The notes under the pieces are model-generated. The model ran no database searches, had not been told where the DNA came from, and saw only the letters and a program-made list of their open reading frames with translations. Shown piece after piece: positions 22,453 through 35,371 of a DNA stretch of 64,000 bases. Source of the DNA: Chara braunii (taxonomy: Eukaryota > Plantae > Charophyceae); the NCBI GenBank assembly GCA_003427395.1, contig BFEA01000003.1, positions 1,969,971 through 2,033,970 on the forward strand, in the 5' to 3' direction. The position numbers and the translations under genes were made by a program. Every line of letters begins with the position of its first letter. Position 1 is the first letter of the stretch.

Positions 22453-25132
22453 GGGGTATACGGGATCGTAAGGGAGATCGCGTCGGCCTACCTTATAGTT
22501 CCCAGTCTCCAGGGTCCCGCCTGAACCCTGGCAGAGCTCTCGCAATCGGTGGGGTTAACCTCCCACGGAGGCCTTGGCATGTATTACAGGTTTCAATCCC
22601 GCCTGCCGCCTTCCTCTCTGAACCAAAAGATTAGACTGAGAGTGAGAAGGGCAGAAAAAGAGATATTCAGACACTAAGATATAAGAGAGGTGCGCTCAGA
22701 CTCGCGTGAGAGGACCTCGATACCTTGACGCGCCTGAGGGCCCCGCAATGATGGCCAAATACACCGAAATACCGCGAATCTGAAGTCAAAACGTCAAATG
22801 CCGACCTCTTGGCGGTCCTCCAAATCGCAGCAAAAACCCATTTCAAATGGCTCAACCTTTCCGTCGAGCTCGTGGCCTGAAACGCACTGGCAACAGCTCA
22901 GAACACGGGTTGTGAGTCAGAAACCCTGTCGCACCGCAGTGAAATAACAGCGTGGTCTACCTAGCCATGCAGTCAGTAGTACTGTGTATCCACCGTGCAG
23001 TCCATCACTAAGATCAGGTACTTACTTCAGTGTATAATCCTCATCCTTTTCTCTTGTGGAAACCGGCTCTTTGTCCTTCTCCTCCTAATGCACCTGGTCA
23101 GGTAAGAGTTCAACTCGCTGTTGGACTCACGCTACTTCGATTAGTACTAGAATGAGCAGCGCACCAGGTCAACAGGTAAGTTTGCACCCTCGCAGCTCGC
23201 CTCACCCCTTTCAATCGTCCGGATTAGGAAAAGCGGAGTGAATCTTCCGTTCAAACGCGGAAGTATTTACTGTCTCCCGGATGATCACGCGCGCGGTAAC
23301 ATAGAAATAAGTTACTTCCATCAAGCGGAATCGGACTGAATCTTCTGCCAGAGCAAGCAAGACAAGACACTTGGGCGGCGAACTCAACCAGTTCGAGACG
23401 AAGAGCATGACGTCAGATACGGTCTTGATCGTGCCGACTAAAATGCAGGATAGGAGAAAAACAATTGCAGCACTAGCGTAGTCACGGCAGCAGCACAATC
23501 GCACGAGCCCTGGAGACGAACCACATGACTGTACAGATCGTGACCGCAAGTAGAACGCCTCCGATGAGCGACCTCATTCCCTCACCTATCGAAAGTGCAA
23601 CATGGGCATGTATCTTCCGCTACAATATGGAAGAATACATTCGCAGAACATTTCGTACATATTGCACTCCACTGACAACTTGAATGGCCAATCCAGAATT
23701 CAAGCCAGAATTCAATCCGCAAAGTTGCCTCGTGCAAACCAGTCACAATGCCTCAAACTTATATTATTTGATTTCACTACTCAAATCTACTAGGAGATCA
23801 GTGAGATGTACCCCTCCTATCTTCCTCGTAGCCTCGTTCGTGTTCGCGTCCAGTTCATCGTTGCTCTTCGTTTTAGCAACGGATCTTCCTCCAATAATGA
23901 CCAGGTACATCGACCTGCATAGTATCAAGCGTGGTGAGGCCGAGCTAGCGGCTGCGAGGAGGAACATTCATGATCACAATAGCGGCCAACCATGAGCAGA
24001 CAGAAGGGCGGCCCCTTCTCAGGCGGACAAGAAGACGATCGCTTCGGCGACGGTGACCAGGCAGACCTTCGAGACTTGATTGAATGTGGCCAGCGGAATC
24101 GCGATGGGCGTTGCTACGACAACCGTGACAACGAGCTCCTCCAGGATGGCGTTGGCAGGCAGAGAAGAGGGGAGGATTCTTCCACTAGAACCTGAACCAG
24201 ATGCGCCTTGGCCAAGTAAGCATGTCCGTCCCAACCTGTTTTCGCCCCGCTACACACTGGATATGCGAAAGCGCCGAAAGGTGAATTAATCCCCCGCTAA
24301 AACGAGGGGAGATACATCGTCCTTTTCCCCAGGCGCAGCGGAAAACCACTTTACTGCTGATACCACGCCCTTAACCTGAAATCCATTGATGCCATCGTGC
24401 TCGAAGTGGCCGAAAACATCCAGTTAGCCTCCTCTCTCACTCGATTTCATCAAAAATCGAGCGAGATTTTCGTTTTGTCACACGAACATTCCACCATCTC
24501 CAAGCACCACTTTTTTGACTAACCTCTCATTCTACTAATCTTGCGCCGAAACTAACAACGCCATCGTACTCGCCCGGGCCTAAAACCCCTATCTACCATC
24601 TTCCCCTGTCTGATTCCATCAAGGAACGAGCAAGGTATATACTTTCGACTCCTGCCATAGTCACCTCTCGTCACCTCCCCGCAGCTCCATTCCTATGTAC
24701 CGACTAACTTACTAACCTACCGCGAAATCTAACTCCGCCATTACATTCGGTCGGCCCAAAAACCCCAGTTAGTATCTTAGTTCGCCTGATTCTGTCAAGA
24801 ATCGAGCGAGCTACGTGATTTCCCTTCCACCATGGCTACCTCCCCCGTTATTGCATTCCTCCTTCTCCCGCACACATCCGACGCAAATCTCATCCAGGTT
24901 CAACCCCTCCTCTCTGGTTTCGTCCTCCTCTCTGGATCTTTGGCACTTCGCTCTCCTCTTCTGCACTCACTTCGTCCCTGCAAAGGCAAACTGTGCGTTA
25001 CCTCGTACTCTACTCCCCCGACCGATACGGTCAACAAGACGGTGGTCGCGAATGTCGAATTCCACTAATGAGTGCGTATCAACCCACATGTCGACTCGAT
25101 CAACCCCTAAGGCCGGTCCACACTGTGATGCA

Positions 25133-25272
25133 GTGAGTAGGAGGCAGTGGGTCCGCTGCTAAGCCTGCAACACGAGCCTATGTGAGGCAGTCTAGGTGTA
25201 AATCTTGGTGGTAGTAGCAAATATTCAAATGAAAACTTTTGAAAGCCCCAAGTGGAGAGGGGTTCCATATGG
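25133..25272 (+). pseudogene. Degenerate 25S/28S LSU rRNA fragment
   Basis: GGTGTAAATCTTGGTGGTAGTAGCAAATATTCAAATGAAAACTTTTGAAAGCCCCAAGTGGAGAGGGGTTCCATATG matches the conserved LSU stretch GGTGCAGATCTTGGTGGTAGTAGCAAATATTCAAATGAGAACTTTGAAG...GGTTCCATGTG; upstream GAGTAGGAGG also aligns. Confidence 0.88.
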
Positions 25273-26524
25273 TCAGTCCGCCTAGGCAAGGCAGCTTCCA
25301 CCCGAACACACTCTGACCCGTTGTGCCAAGGTACGGTTTCCCATCCACCGGGTCTCAACGGGCATGCTCACACTCAAACCTCTTGTAGCAGACAGCTGGT
25401 GGCAGGCCGTATACCCACCAACGTCCCCCGCCATGCAGGTTTTTTTCTGCCTCGTGGGCTAATTACCCACCGGCTCGCACGCATATTGAACTCCCCAATC
25501 CGAGTTTTAAGACGGCTAAATGGAGGAATTTTGCCTGCATCCAGAACACGCAGGAACCCGAGCGACCCTCAAAGGAGGTGAGTGCTCAAGGTCCTCGACT
25601 GCAGTGCTGGCCACCCATGTCCGACAAATTTGTAGTCAAGCCAGGCCACGGAGCCCGACGACGGTTTCGGAACCGGTCACCGGGTCAAAGACAACCAAAA
25701 AAGACAAAAGGAAAAAAATAAAAATAATAAAAATAATAAAATAAATATAAACGAGAGGGAATACTGAAAAAAGTAAAGGGACTAGGGGTCGCGCGTCCCG
25801 CTAGCCCGTGCATGGTTGGGTCTCGCCGTTAATACCTCGCGCTCGCCGCTCGCCCAGGCAAGGACCTAAACTTCCTCCCACGTGCGCGCTATGAACCGGA
25901 CGAGGCCGCACCGACGTGGCTTACAAAATAAAACACGCCAAATACCCTTTTAAGGGTAATTGGCACGACAACGTTGCTCTTTTAAAGGAACAATTACGGA
26001 ACAATGTAAAACAGAATCAAGAGTCTGACGTAAATAACACAGAGTTCAATATATTTAGTGTTATCATGACGACTCTGCTCGACGAACGTAAACTCACTCG
26101 AGGGATCAGTGTTTTAGCAGGCAATTCATGTAGAATTTAAGTTTGACGTCTAAGCACATACACGATGTGTTAAAACAAATGAGTAAGATTTTAAGTTTAC
26201 CCACTTTTTGCATGACGTACAAAACTTCTTGCATGATATATAAAACCCGTCATAAGGACACTCATAGCTCCATCGAGATATGTCATTTAGAGATACTGAT
26301 AACTCCTTATAAAAATTATTTTACCTTATAGGACTTCATTGACGTACCCGGTGTAAGTAAATTATGCACTTTAATTACAACCTCGAAAGTTAAAAACCAA
26401 TTTTTGTGTAACACATCCAAAAACGTTTTTCATGACGCGTGATATTAATGGTCAATGTATTGGATAACTATTGAAGTGTAAAAGGTTTGTTTGTAAGAAT
26501 TATGCATCATTATTTGATTACAAG

Positions 26525-27079
26525 CTGTGTAACCGTTTGAACGCCGTGAACACGCGTTCGCGTTCAAATTTGCGTTTGAACGCGAATTGCTCGTTCGCGT
26601 TCAAAATTGAATGGTGTTCAATTTTTTTTTTTATTAAAAAAAATATATCATTTTAATGCCTAAACATAACTTTTTTTTCTGATTTTTTTTTTATGAGTTT
26701 TGTATGATGTAAGGCAAATGACTCTCAATTTTGGAGTCATTTTGCTAAGTCACAAAAAAATGAAAAATCGCCAAAGATGGCGGTGTCAAATCGTGTTCGC
26801 TTACTAATTTCAATTCTTTTTTCACTTTTTTACTTTTTGTTTTCTATTGTTTTTTCCAATTTGGTAACGAATTTAGATGTAATGCTCAGGCAAATATTGT
26901 TTATTTTATTGTTCTTCATAACATATGTTTTTTTGGAATTGTTAGAGGGGTTTTTTTTTGTTTTTTTTTTTTCGCGCGCAGAATTCAACTCCGCGTTCGG
27001 TCCCGTTCATTGAACGCGTGTGCATTCCGTTCGATTTCTGAACGGAAAACCCGCGTTCAATGAACGCGCGGTTTCATAG
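26525..27079. mobile_element. hAT-like MITE
   Basis: 8-bp TSD ATTACAAG; imperfect TIRs CTGTGTAACCG / CGGTTTCATAG; subterminal GAACGCG repeats. Confidence 0.85.
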
Positions 27080-27109
27080 ATTACAAGATTATATGTCAAT
27101 TCAATTTAA

Positions 27110-27888
27110 ACCACTAGTACCTCCGCCAGGCAAAAGAAATTCAAAAAAAAATACCGTTTTTTTTAAATTTTGAAGTTTTTGGAGCCCCGCTGAGGGTCGG
27201 CAAGCCTTTCGTTTTGGAACTTATGGGCCAGATTGCAAAAAAAAAAAAAAAAGGGAACGAAGCACCAAAAGGAATAGGGAGGAAGTTGGGGAAGGCCATA
27301 AAGGAACTCTACTCACACTGGTAGTACAAGGAATGCATCTACCAGAAACTTAGGTACTTTCATTATTGGTTTTTATTTTTTTTCATCCTCTATTTCTGCT
27401 CTACCAACGAGGCAGAGCACATTACACGGTAGCTGACAACTTCACAACTTATGGCACAATCTCACGTTTACTCTATATTTTGTATCTAGCTGCTTTCATG
27501 TCCAAAGAGTGTCGTGAATAAAACTCATAAAGTAAAGGTCGTCGGGAGGACATACTGTCATATGTGCCCTAGATTCTGTATCCAACTGCTTTCACGTTCA
27601 AAGAGTATTTGATTTATTTTTTTGAAGTTTTTTCCCCTTGGCTCATGCCGTGAATATAGTTGGGGTGTAACTGCCCGTTCAGAGGGCATAGTCCCATATG
27701 TGCTTTATATTTTGTATGCAGTTGCTTTCACGTCCTTATGGTTATTCTTTTTTTTTCGTTGTTCTTTTTTTTTTTTTTTTTTTAATAGTACCAGAAAATA
27801 AAGCACAATGATGACACCTAGGCTCGACAAATTTCGGTGCGTAATGAAATTCAGGGTCAGCAAAAACAGGATCGGAGGTACTAGTGGT
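27110..27888. mobile_element. TTAA-flanked (piggyBac-like) non-autonomous element
   Basis: TTAA|ACCACTAGTACCTCCG ... CGGAGGTACTAGTGGT|TTAA, perfect 16-bp TIRs. Confidence 0.75.
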
Positions 27889-29051
27889 TTAAGTTTTATG
27901 TTCAAACACTCCACCTTCAATTTATTGTTCGTTTCATAAATTTTGATTATTGGTAGGTTTCAAGTTTCAACTGTAGTTTTCATTTAAAAAAAAATTATCA
28001 TAAAAACTTCATATTTTGTTCTAATTCCAATAATAATACAGTTACGCAGAATTACGATACAAATATTTGGGGGAGGTTTACCCCCTCCCTCGAACACTCA
28101 AGGCATTCCCTACACTCATAAGTCCAAACGTTCGAGAGGGTCAGAGTTCACTCAACCGGATGTCAAGTTTTTTCCTCATTTTTTAAAGATACTTATATTC
28201 GTAGGTTATATCATACTAAGTTTCATGTCCTTTAGTAAATCAAGAAATACAAAAAAACATTGAAGGTAAGGATGTCAAATATAGTAAATACTACGCGTAT
28301 ACCCCTCATGTTATTGTTATTACTTTTGTCTTTTGTTTTTGTTTTTTTATTATTATTTATTTATAAATAAATTAATTTATCAATCAATTGATTACTTAAT
28401 TAATCAATTAATCAATGAGTCAATCAACCAATCAATCAATCACATGCATGTGTGATGTCAAGTTCGCAATATATAACTTCATAAGACATACGCGTTTTTT
28501 TTTCCATATTATGTAAAGAAAACATGATAAAACGTGTCCACTGGAACATGCACACAAACACATATACACACATATAGGCACACACACACACACACACACA
28601 AACCGACACGTGCATATACTCTTCATGAGACATTTTTTTTTACTCATTTTTTATCTACGATCGCCCAATTAATGAATCAATCAAGCAATCAAACTATTAA
28701 TCAGTCAAATATCAATCAATCATATTTGTGCGCATGTGTTAGGGTTTTTTTTTTATATAAATGTAAATGACCAAAGCAATCATACTCAACAACCATCGGA
28801 CAAAAATGAAAAAAAATATATATTTCTTTAATCAATTTATAAATGTATGTTTTTACGTAAAGGTTATACGAATCTTCTTTGGATCGTTTTAATTTAACAG
28901 ATATCCCTAATGAATGATTTTTCATGTTCGTTATAGAACGCATTTTGCATGTTTTGTTGTGTTATGTATAGCGAACATGAGAAGATACACCAAGAGACAT
29001 AACATTAATTAAACACATATACTCTTGTAACATGCAAACACACACACATAC

Positions 29052-29105
<54 letters not shown>

Positions 29106-29344
29106 CACACACACATACACATGCAAAAAAAACGAAAATACGTAGGGGGAAAAATACGCACCTGTCAGTGCACATTCGTAAATACACGTACGCGTGCATG
29201 TCAACATGTGCACACTTGCGTACAAACATGTACATGTACGCAAGTTGGCACACACACGCTATGTAACACACGTTTTTTTTTATTCGATCGATCCATCATC
29301 AGTCAATTAATCAATTAACAAATAACATATAAATACATATAAAT

Positions 29345-30535
29345 CAGGGCTGGGCCGGCAACCGGCCGGTTCAGCTTGCCCGGTTGAACCGGAGTCGGAC
29401 CAGCCCCGCGGAGCTGAACCGGAAAACCGATTTTCAAAAAATAAAGCCAATTTTTTTTAATTTTATTTTTTTTATTCTGACTGCGCTCTTCAAGAGCTGT
29501 CGAAATCCATAATAAAATGTTTAAGATCCAATTTCTTTTGAGGGGTGCCCCAGGGGTAGGTGGGGATATTATTGGAATATTTACTGAGGTGTCACTTTCA
29601 GGGGGAGGGGTCGAGTAAGCAATATTACTTATCCGACCCCCCATGGCCCACAGACTTCAATTCAGTAGCAGAAGGCACTCTGGACTAGTATGCCAACGGC
29701 CGTCGGAATCCTGCAGCCTGAATGAGATGCAATAGGAGTGGATCTTTGCCAAAACTTATACATTTTCCAGAGTATAGCTCGACGACCGAAAAGTTATGGG
29801 TGCAAATTTCAGCTCGTGCAGGCAAAGCGTTTTTTGTTTGTCTTTTTGTTTTAAATACAAAACGTTTTCTGTTGTTTTTTTTGTTTTAAATATGCTGGGT
29901 CATCAGTGTTCTCAGTCCGAAAGTATCTCGCCAGCTTGTCTGTCCAGATACATGTAGTTGAGCCACGTGCATTCTAGATAGATTGATAGAAAAATATAGC
30001 TTAGGTCCGTTTTGGGGATTGCACCTCAAACAGAGCCGAAACATAAACCCATAACTCTTTCCCCAGAGCTTAGTGATGTTGCAGAAGCATATAACCTCAG
30101 GAGAGCCACTACTCTTCCATAGTAATTCCTTCGTGGCTGAGGATGGACAAGTATGTCATGCCAATGATAATTGGTTCGTGATCTATCGGACCACAATATG
30201 CCAAATCAAATTGTGGGGCCTGGTGGCCCCCCAATTTTTGAGAAAACGCGTCCGGCAGTCGTTTGTCGCTGATCTGCAAAGATAAGCGGCAGAGATTCTC
30301 CGCTTGTTGTTTCCTAGAAGTGGGGCCCAAAAAGCCCCATTTTTTTTTTTTTTTTGAACCCACGGCCTCGTGGGGGCTGGGCAGTCGTGGGGATACCTGT
30401 CACTGCTCGGTACCTCCCGTCCAGTCTAATGCGCTGGATTCAACCGGGGATCTGCCGGGCCGGTCGACCGGCCAGTCCGACCGGCAGGCTCTCGGGTGGG
30501 GAAGGGGGCCCTGGTCCAACCGGGGACCAGCCGTG
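29345..30535. mobile_element. hAT-like non-autonomous element
   Basis: 8-bp TSD ATATAAAT; TIRs CAGGGCTGG / CCAGCCGTG; subterminal ACCGG repeats. Confidence 0.82.
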
Positions 30536-31075
30536 ATATAAATATTATAACACCTATGTATTGCAGGGGGAAATAAAAAAGTTAAGAGGTGGTCAAATTT
30601 TGGACGCCAATACCCCCTCCATGATTTTTTTTTATATAATATAAACATACTAAGGGGTGAAAAAAAAAACTTACTTTATGATTAACTTGAAAAGGAAAAA
30701 ACAAACTTTTTCATTTTGTAAAACTGTTTAGTGGAGGGGTTAAACGTCCGACTATTCAGAATGATGTTGTCGACCTACCCCCCAATAAGGATAATAACAA
30801 CTCATTTATGAGTGAAAGTTTTGTCTTACGATAACAGATTATACTATAGATAACTTCAAGAGGTGTAACTGACGCACTTAATTACAGGGATGACTTTTAC
30901 TTTGAATAAGTTTTTTTCGCCTCACAGAGGTGAGGCTTGTTATATATAAAATAATTTTTACATGATGTTGGTAACAGACAGCCAATCGATTTTTATCAAT
31001 AAACTTATACGCCCAACAAATGACATATTTACAGAGGAATGACGACTGACTGTCCTTATTCAAAATGCTTTTGAA

Positions 31076-31366
31076 CTAGGCTATCAGAGTGGCCCGGGGT
31101 CACTTGCCCGGCCGGGCCAAAAACATTATAAAAAATAAAAAATAAAAAATAAAAAATAAACTTTTATTTTTATTTTTTATTTCAAATTTGGTGAAGAATT
31201 TCGATGTGACTTTGAGGCAAAAGTTGTTTAGTTTATTTTTCTGCATAACATAGTTTTTTTTTTCGATTTTTTTGACTTTCTATTTTTTTGTTTTTTTTCT
31301 GGGACCTTCCATGGTCCTTGCACGGGCTGGCCACCCGGGACCCGAGCGGCCCGGCTGATAGCCTAG
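31076..31366. mobile_element. hAT-like MITE
   Basis: TIRs CTAGGCTATCAG / CTGATAGCCTAG; 8-bp TSD CTTTTGAA. Confidence 0.85.
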
Positions 31367-31795
31367 CTTTTGAATTAATTTTTTCAGTTAACAATTATTT
31401 GTTTTTAACAATGCATAAGATGTTTTAAAAATAAATTAGTTCCTTTAGTCATCAAAATAGTATTATATTATCACTTTTATGATAAATTATTAACCAATGT
31501 TTTTTAATATTTTGTATATTGACCTATAATAGCAACAAGTATATATCTAGTATATCAACTTGTATACACATACGACCTAAAGATTAAGGTTTGATAAATG
31601 TCGTTATTAAAAAAATATATATATATATATATATATTTTTTGGATTTCTAGTTTTTATAATGTGGTTTAGATCGTTTATTCATTGTTGAAACATATGAAT
31701 ATCTTAATGTTTGAAGTTGTATCATGGCTTCAAAATGTTTATATAAAATAAAATTAATTTACAAAATATTGTTAGCTCAACCGAATCATGCTAAT

Positions 31796-32560
31796 CAGGG
31801 TTGTCGGCATTCGGGATGGGCTGAACGCCCGAATCGAACGCCCGAACGTTGGGGACCTCCTCTCGACATGTTCGACCGTTCGGTCGAACGCGGACTCCCC
31901 CCAAAAAAAAACAAAAGAAAAACAAAGAATTTCAAAAAATATGAAAACAATATATGCTATGCATAAGAATACACTAAACAACATTTGTCTCAACGTTACA
32001 TCCAAATTCTTTACCAAATTTGAAATAAAAATCAACTACTAAAAATAAATAATAATGATGAAAATTAGGGAAAAACAAACGAGAATGAAATTATTGAGTG
32101 CGCGAGCACGTTTTTGACACCGCCAGCTTTGGTTATTTTTTGTTTTTTTTTTGGCTATGACAAATGCCATGAAAGTTTATATATCTGTACCTTACATAAT
32201 ATAGAATTTGCAAATAAAATTTGAAAAAATAATAAATTGTTTCATGCCTCGAAATAAAGGAAAAACAAAAAGTTAGAAGCGAGAAAAACAAATTAGCGAG
32301 TGGGCAAACAAGTTTTGACACCACCATCTTTGCCGATTTCTCATGTTTTTTTTGGCTGAACAGAATGGCTTCAAAATAAACACGGAGATACCTTACGTCA
32401 CAAAGAACTCACACAAAAAAATTCAGAAAAACTAATAATATTTAGGTGCCAAAATATTTTTTTGCGGGATCCGAACCCTTTCAGGTTCGGGCCCCGTACG
32501 GGGACCCGAACGTTCGGGGGTCAGCTTAGGGGCCTCCGTACGTTCGGCCTGGCAACCCTG
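31796..32560. mobile_element. hAT-like MITE (YAGGGTTRCC family, opposite orientation to the 12632 copy)
   Basis: TIRs CAGGGTTGTC / GGCAACCCTG; TSD ATGCTAAT/ATGTTAAT. Confidence 0.87.
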
Positions 32561-32654
32561 ATGTTAATAATTTATCGAAAAACAAGGCAAAAACAAATAT
32601 CTTAACCTATTAGACACAAAAGGATGCTAGAGAGATGTGAAACATTACAAGTAC

Positions 32655-32988
32655 CTGTGTAGCACAACGAAAATGTTCGGAGTTTTTCCGAACCTCCGAA
32701 CATGTTCGGGTGTTCGGTCGAACGCCACCCAAACGCATTCAGCCAAACATATTCCAAAACAAAATTGGTTTTTGATTTTAAACTCGAGTTTGGTTCCGAA
32801 TTTGACCATACCTCCAAGGCAAAAGTTGTTTGTATTATTATTTTACATAATATATATTTTTTTCAGATTTTGTGGAAAACTTTTTTTTTTTTTTTTTTAT
32901 GTTCGCGTTCGGAGAGTTTCGACGCTCGTTCGTGTTAGGTCCTGAACGTTCGGGTTCGGTCACCGAACACGAACACAATGCTACACAG
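32655..32988. mobile_element. hAT-like MITE
   Basis: TIRs CTGTGTAGCA / TGCTACACAG; TSD ACAAGTAC/ACAAATAC. Confidence 0.83.
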
Positions 32989-34767
32989 ACAAATACCATA
33001 ATTTTTCTGATTTCTTAACCTTATTTTGTTTTTCAATGACAAAAAAAATCAAATAAAATGGGTGATCTTGTTTAGGTTACTAAATATAAAGGGGCAAAAA
33101 AAATATCGACCCCTAAAAAAAAACTAGATTTCGGACGTCCATGATCCAGGTCGTCCGGGTTTCCGGATGACGGTTTTTTTTAGAAAAAAAAAAGTTTGTC
33201 TTGCGCTGGATTAGGGGACCCCCCACACAAAATTTCACGTGAAACGGAGTATTTTTGTGAAATAATTAGTAGTCGGGGGTAGGGGGGGGCGTTCAAGGGT
33301 TGACAAAGGAGGTGGCGGGCGGAGGACGGCAGAGTAGGCGGCGGGCGGAGGCTGGAGGAGGAGGAGGCGGGCGGAAGAAGAAAAAGAAGAAGAAAAAGAA
33401 GAAGTAGATTGATTGATAAATTGGAGGCGGATGATGGCGGAGGAGGAAGGTAGGACAACTCATTCAATCAATCAATCAATCAATCAATTAATCCATCGAT
33501 CTCGACGGATTAATTGATTGATTGATTGATTGTATAGGGCGGAGGATGACGGAGGAGGCGGCGGGCGGAGGCGGTGGGCGAAGGCAGGCGCAGGCGGGTG
33601 GAGGAGGTGGCGGGCGGAGGCGGGTGGAGGAGATGGCGGGCGGAAGTAGGCGAAGNNNNNNNNNNNNNNNNNNNNNNNNNNNNNNNNNNNNNNNNNNNNN
33701 NNNNNNNNNNNNNNNNNNNNNNNNNNNNNNNNNNNNNNNNNNNNNNNNNNNNNNNNNNNNNNNNNNNNNNNNNNNNNNNNNNNNNNNNNNNNNNNNNNNN
33801 NNNNNNNNNNNNNNNNNNNNNNNNNNNNNNNNNNNNNNNNNNNNNNNNNNNNNNNNNNNNNNNNNNNNNNNNNNNNNNNNNNNNNNNNNNNNNNNNNNNN
33901 NNNNNNNNNNNNNNNNNNNNNNNNNNNNNNNNNNNNNNNNNNNNNNNNNNNNNNNNNNNNNNGGGCGGAAGAAAAAAAAAAAAAAGTAGATTGATTGATT
34001 GATTGTAAGGGGCGGAGGACGACGGAGGAGGTGGCGGACGGAGGAGGCGGCGGACGGAGGAGGAGGCGGACGGAGGAGGATGAATAATAATGAAGAAGAA
34101 GAAGACGAAGAAGACGAAGAAGAAAATTGAAGAAGGACACGACGAAAAAGAACGAAGAAAAAAAAAAAAAAAGACGACGAAGAAGAGAAAAAGATAGAGG
34201 AGGAGAAAATGGAGGAGGAGAAGGTAGAGGACGAGAAGATGGAGGTGGACTACAAGGACGACGACGAAGAAGAAGTAAAAGACGAAGAAGAACAAATTTG
34301 AGAAGAAGTAAAAGAAGAAGAAGAAGATGAAGAAGAACAGGAGGACAATCCGAAAGAGGGGGAGCACGATGTAGAGGAGGAGGAGGAAGAGGAGGCGTTG
34401 TGGTGCACACTTACCTCGAGATGGCGGTGGAGATGGCGGGGATGGAGTGTTGCGTCCTCGTCAGCGCACACGCTCGTCCATCGGGGTGGCGATGGGCGTG
34501 GGCGGGTGGTAACCCCCCTGCAGTGATTTGAATTTCAAATTTGAATCTGACCCAATCTGGGCCGTCGATCAAATCGATTGGACGGTCCAGGTTGGACCTT
34601 TTTCGTTTTATTTTTTTCAGGGTCTGCTAACCTCGGACTGTGGGGACCGAGGTCCAGCAGGACCCTTTAACATAATCACTGCCCTTCTACGGCCCCCTAA
34701 GCCCCTAAGAGGCCTTACCCCTATTTTCCGCAGGGGTCGGACCTCTGTTGGACACCGGACCACCGGG

Positions 34768-35175
34768 CTATGAAAATTCGTTTAGATAAAAAATTTGAAA
34801 ACACGTATAAATTTAAGCATGGAATATATTTTTCGTTTAAACCAATAGTCCATTTATGTTTACGTCCAGCGAACTAAGAAAATAATATTATTAGGACCTA
34901 ATAAATTTTGACGTCACTCATATCATTCTACACCGGCTTCCCCCGTTCGGCCAAGTAACCTAAAAAAAATATATAAACATTAAATCGGATGCATATTTCA
35001 ATCAAAGTCGGTGTAACATGATATGGGTGATGTGAAAATTTATTAGGTCCGGATAATATTATTTTCCTAGTTCGTTGGACGTAACATAAATGGACTATTA
35101 GTTTAAACGAAAAATATATTCCATGCTTAAATTTATACGTGTTTTTAAAGTTTTTATCTAAACTAATTTTCATAG
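34768..35175. mobile_element. AT-rich foldback element with ~140-bp inverted arms
   Basis: CTATGAAAATT...AAATTTAAGCATGGAATATATTTTTCGTTTAAAC... is mirrored at 35037-35175; no TSD seen. Confidence 0.8.
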
Positions 35176-35371
35176 TTCAAGTTATTTGATCACATTAGCT
35201 TAATCATTGAGATTTAAACTGTTAGGAAACCGTTCACGTCCATCTATATGATCGAGTTTAAGATTGATATATTTTTGAATCAGAATATTTAGTTTATGGT
35301 TTTATAAAAATTAATTAAAATTATAGTATTCATTTAATGAAAGACTCAAAACAAGTTAATAATATTATAGA

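Noticed and set aside
25780-25915. Group II intron 5' end (minus-strand GTGCG)
   Set aside because: No domain V/VI found; the motif alone is too short.
33180-34471. Long low-complexity ORFs; likewise the (ER)n/(LS)n ORFs throughout and 56741-57156
   Set aside because: Produced by simple repeats and N gaps lacking stop codons.
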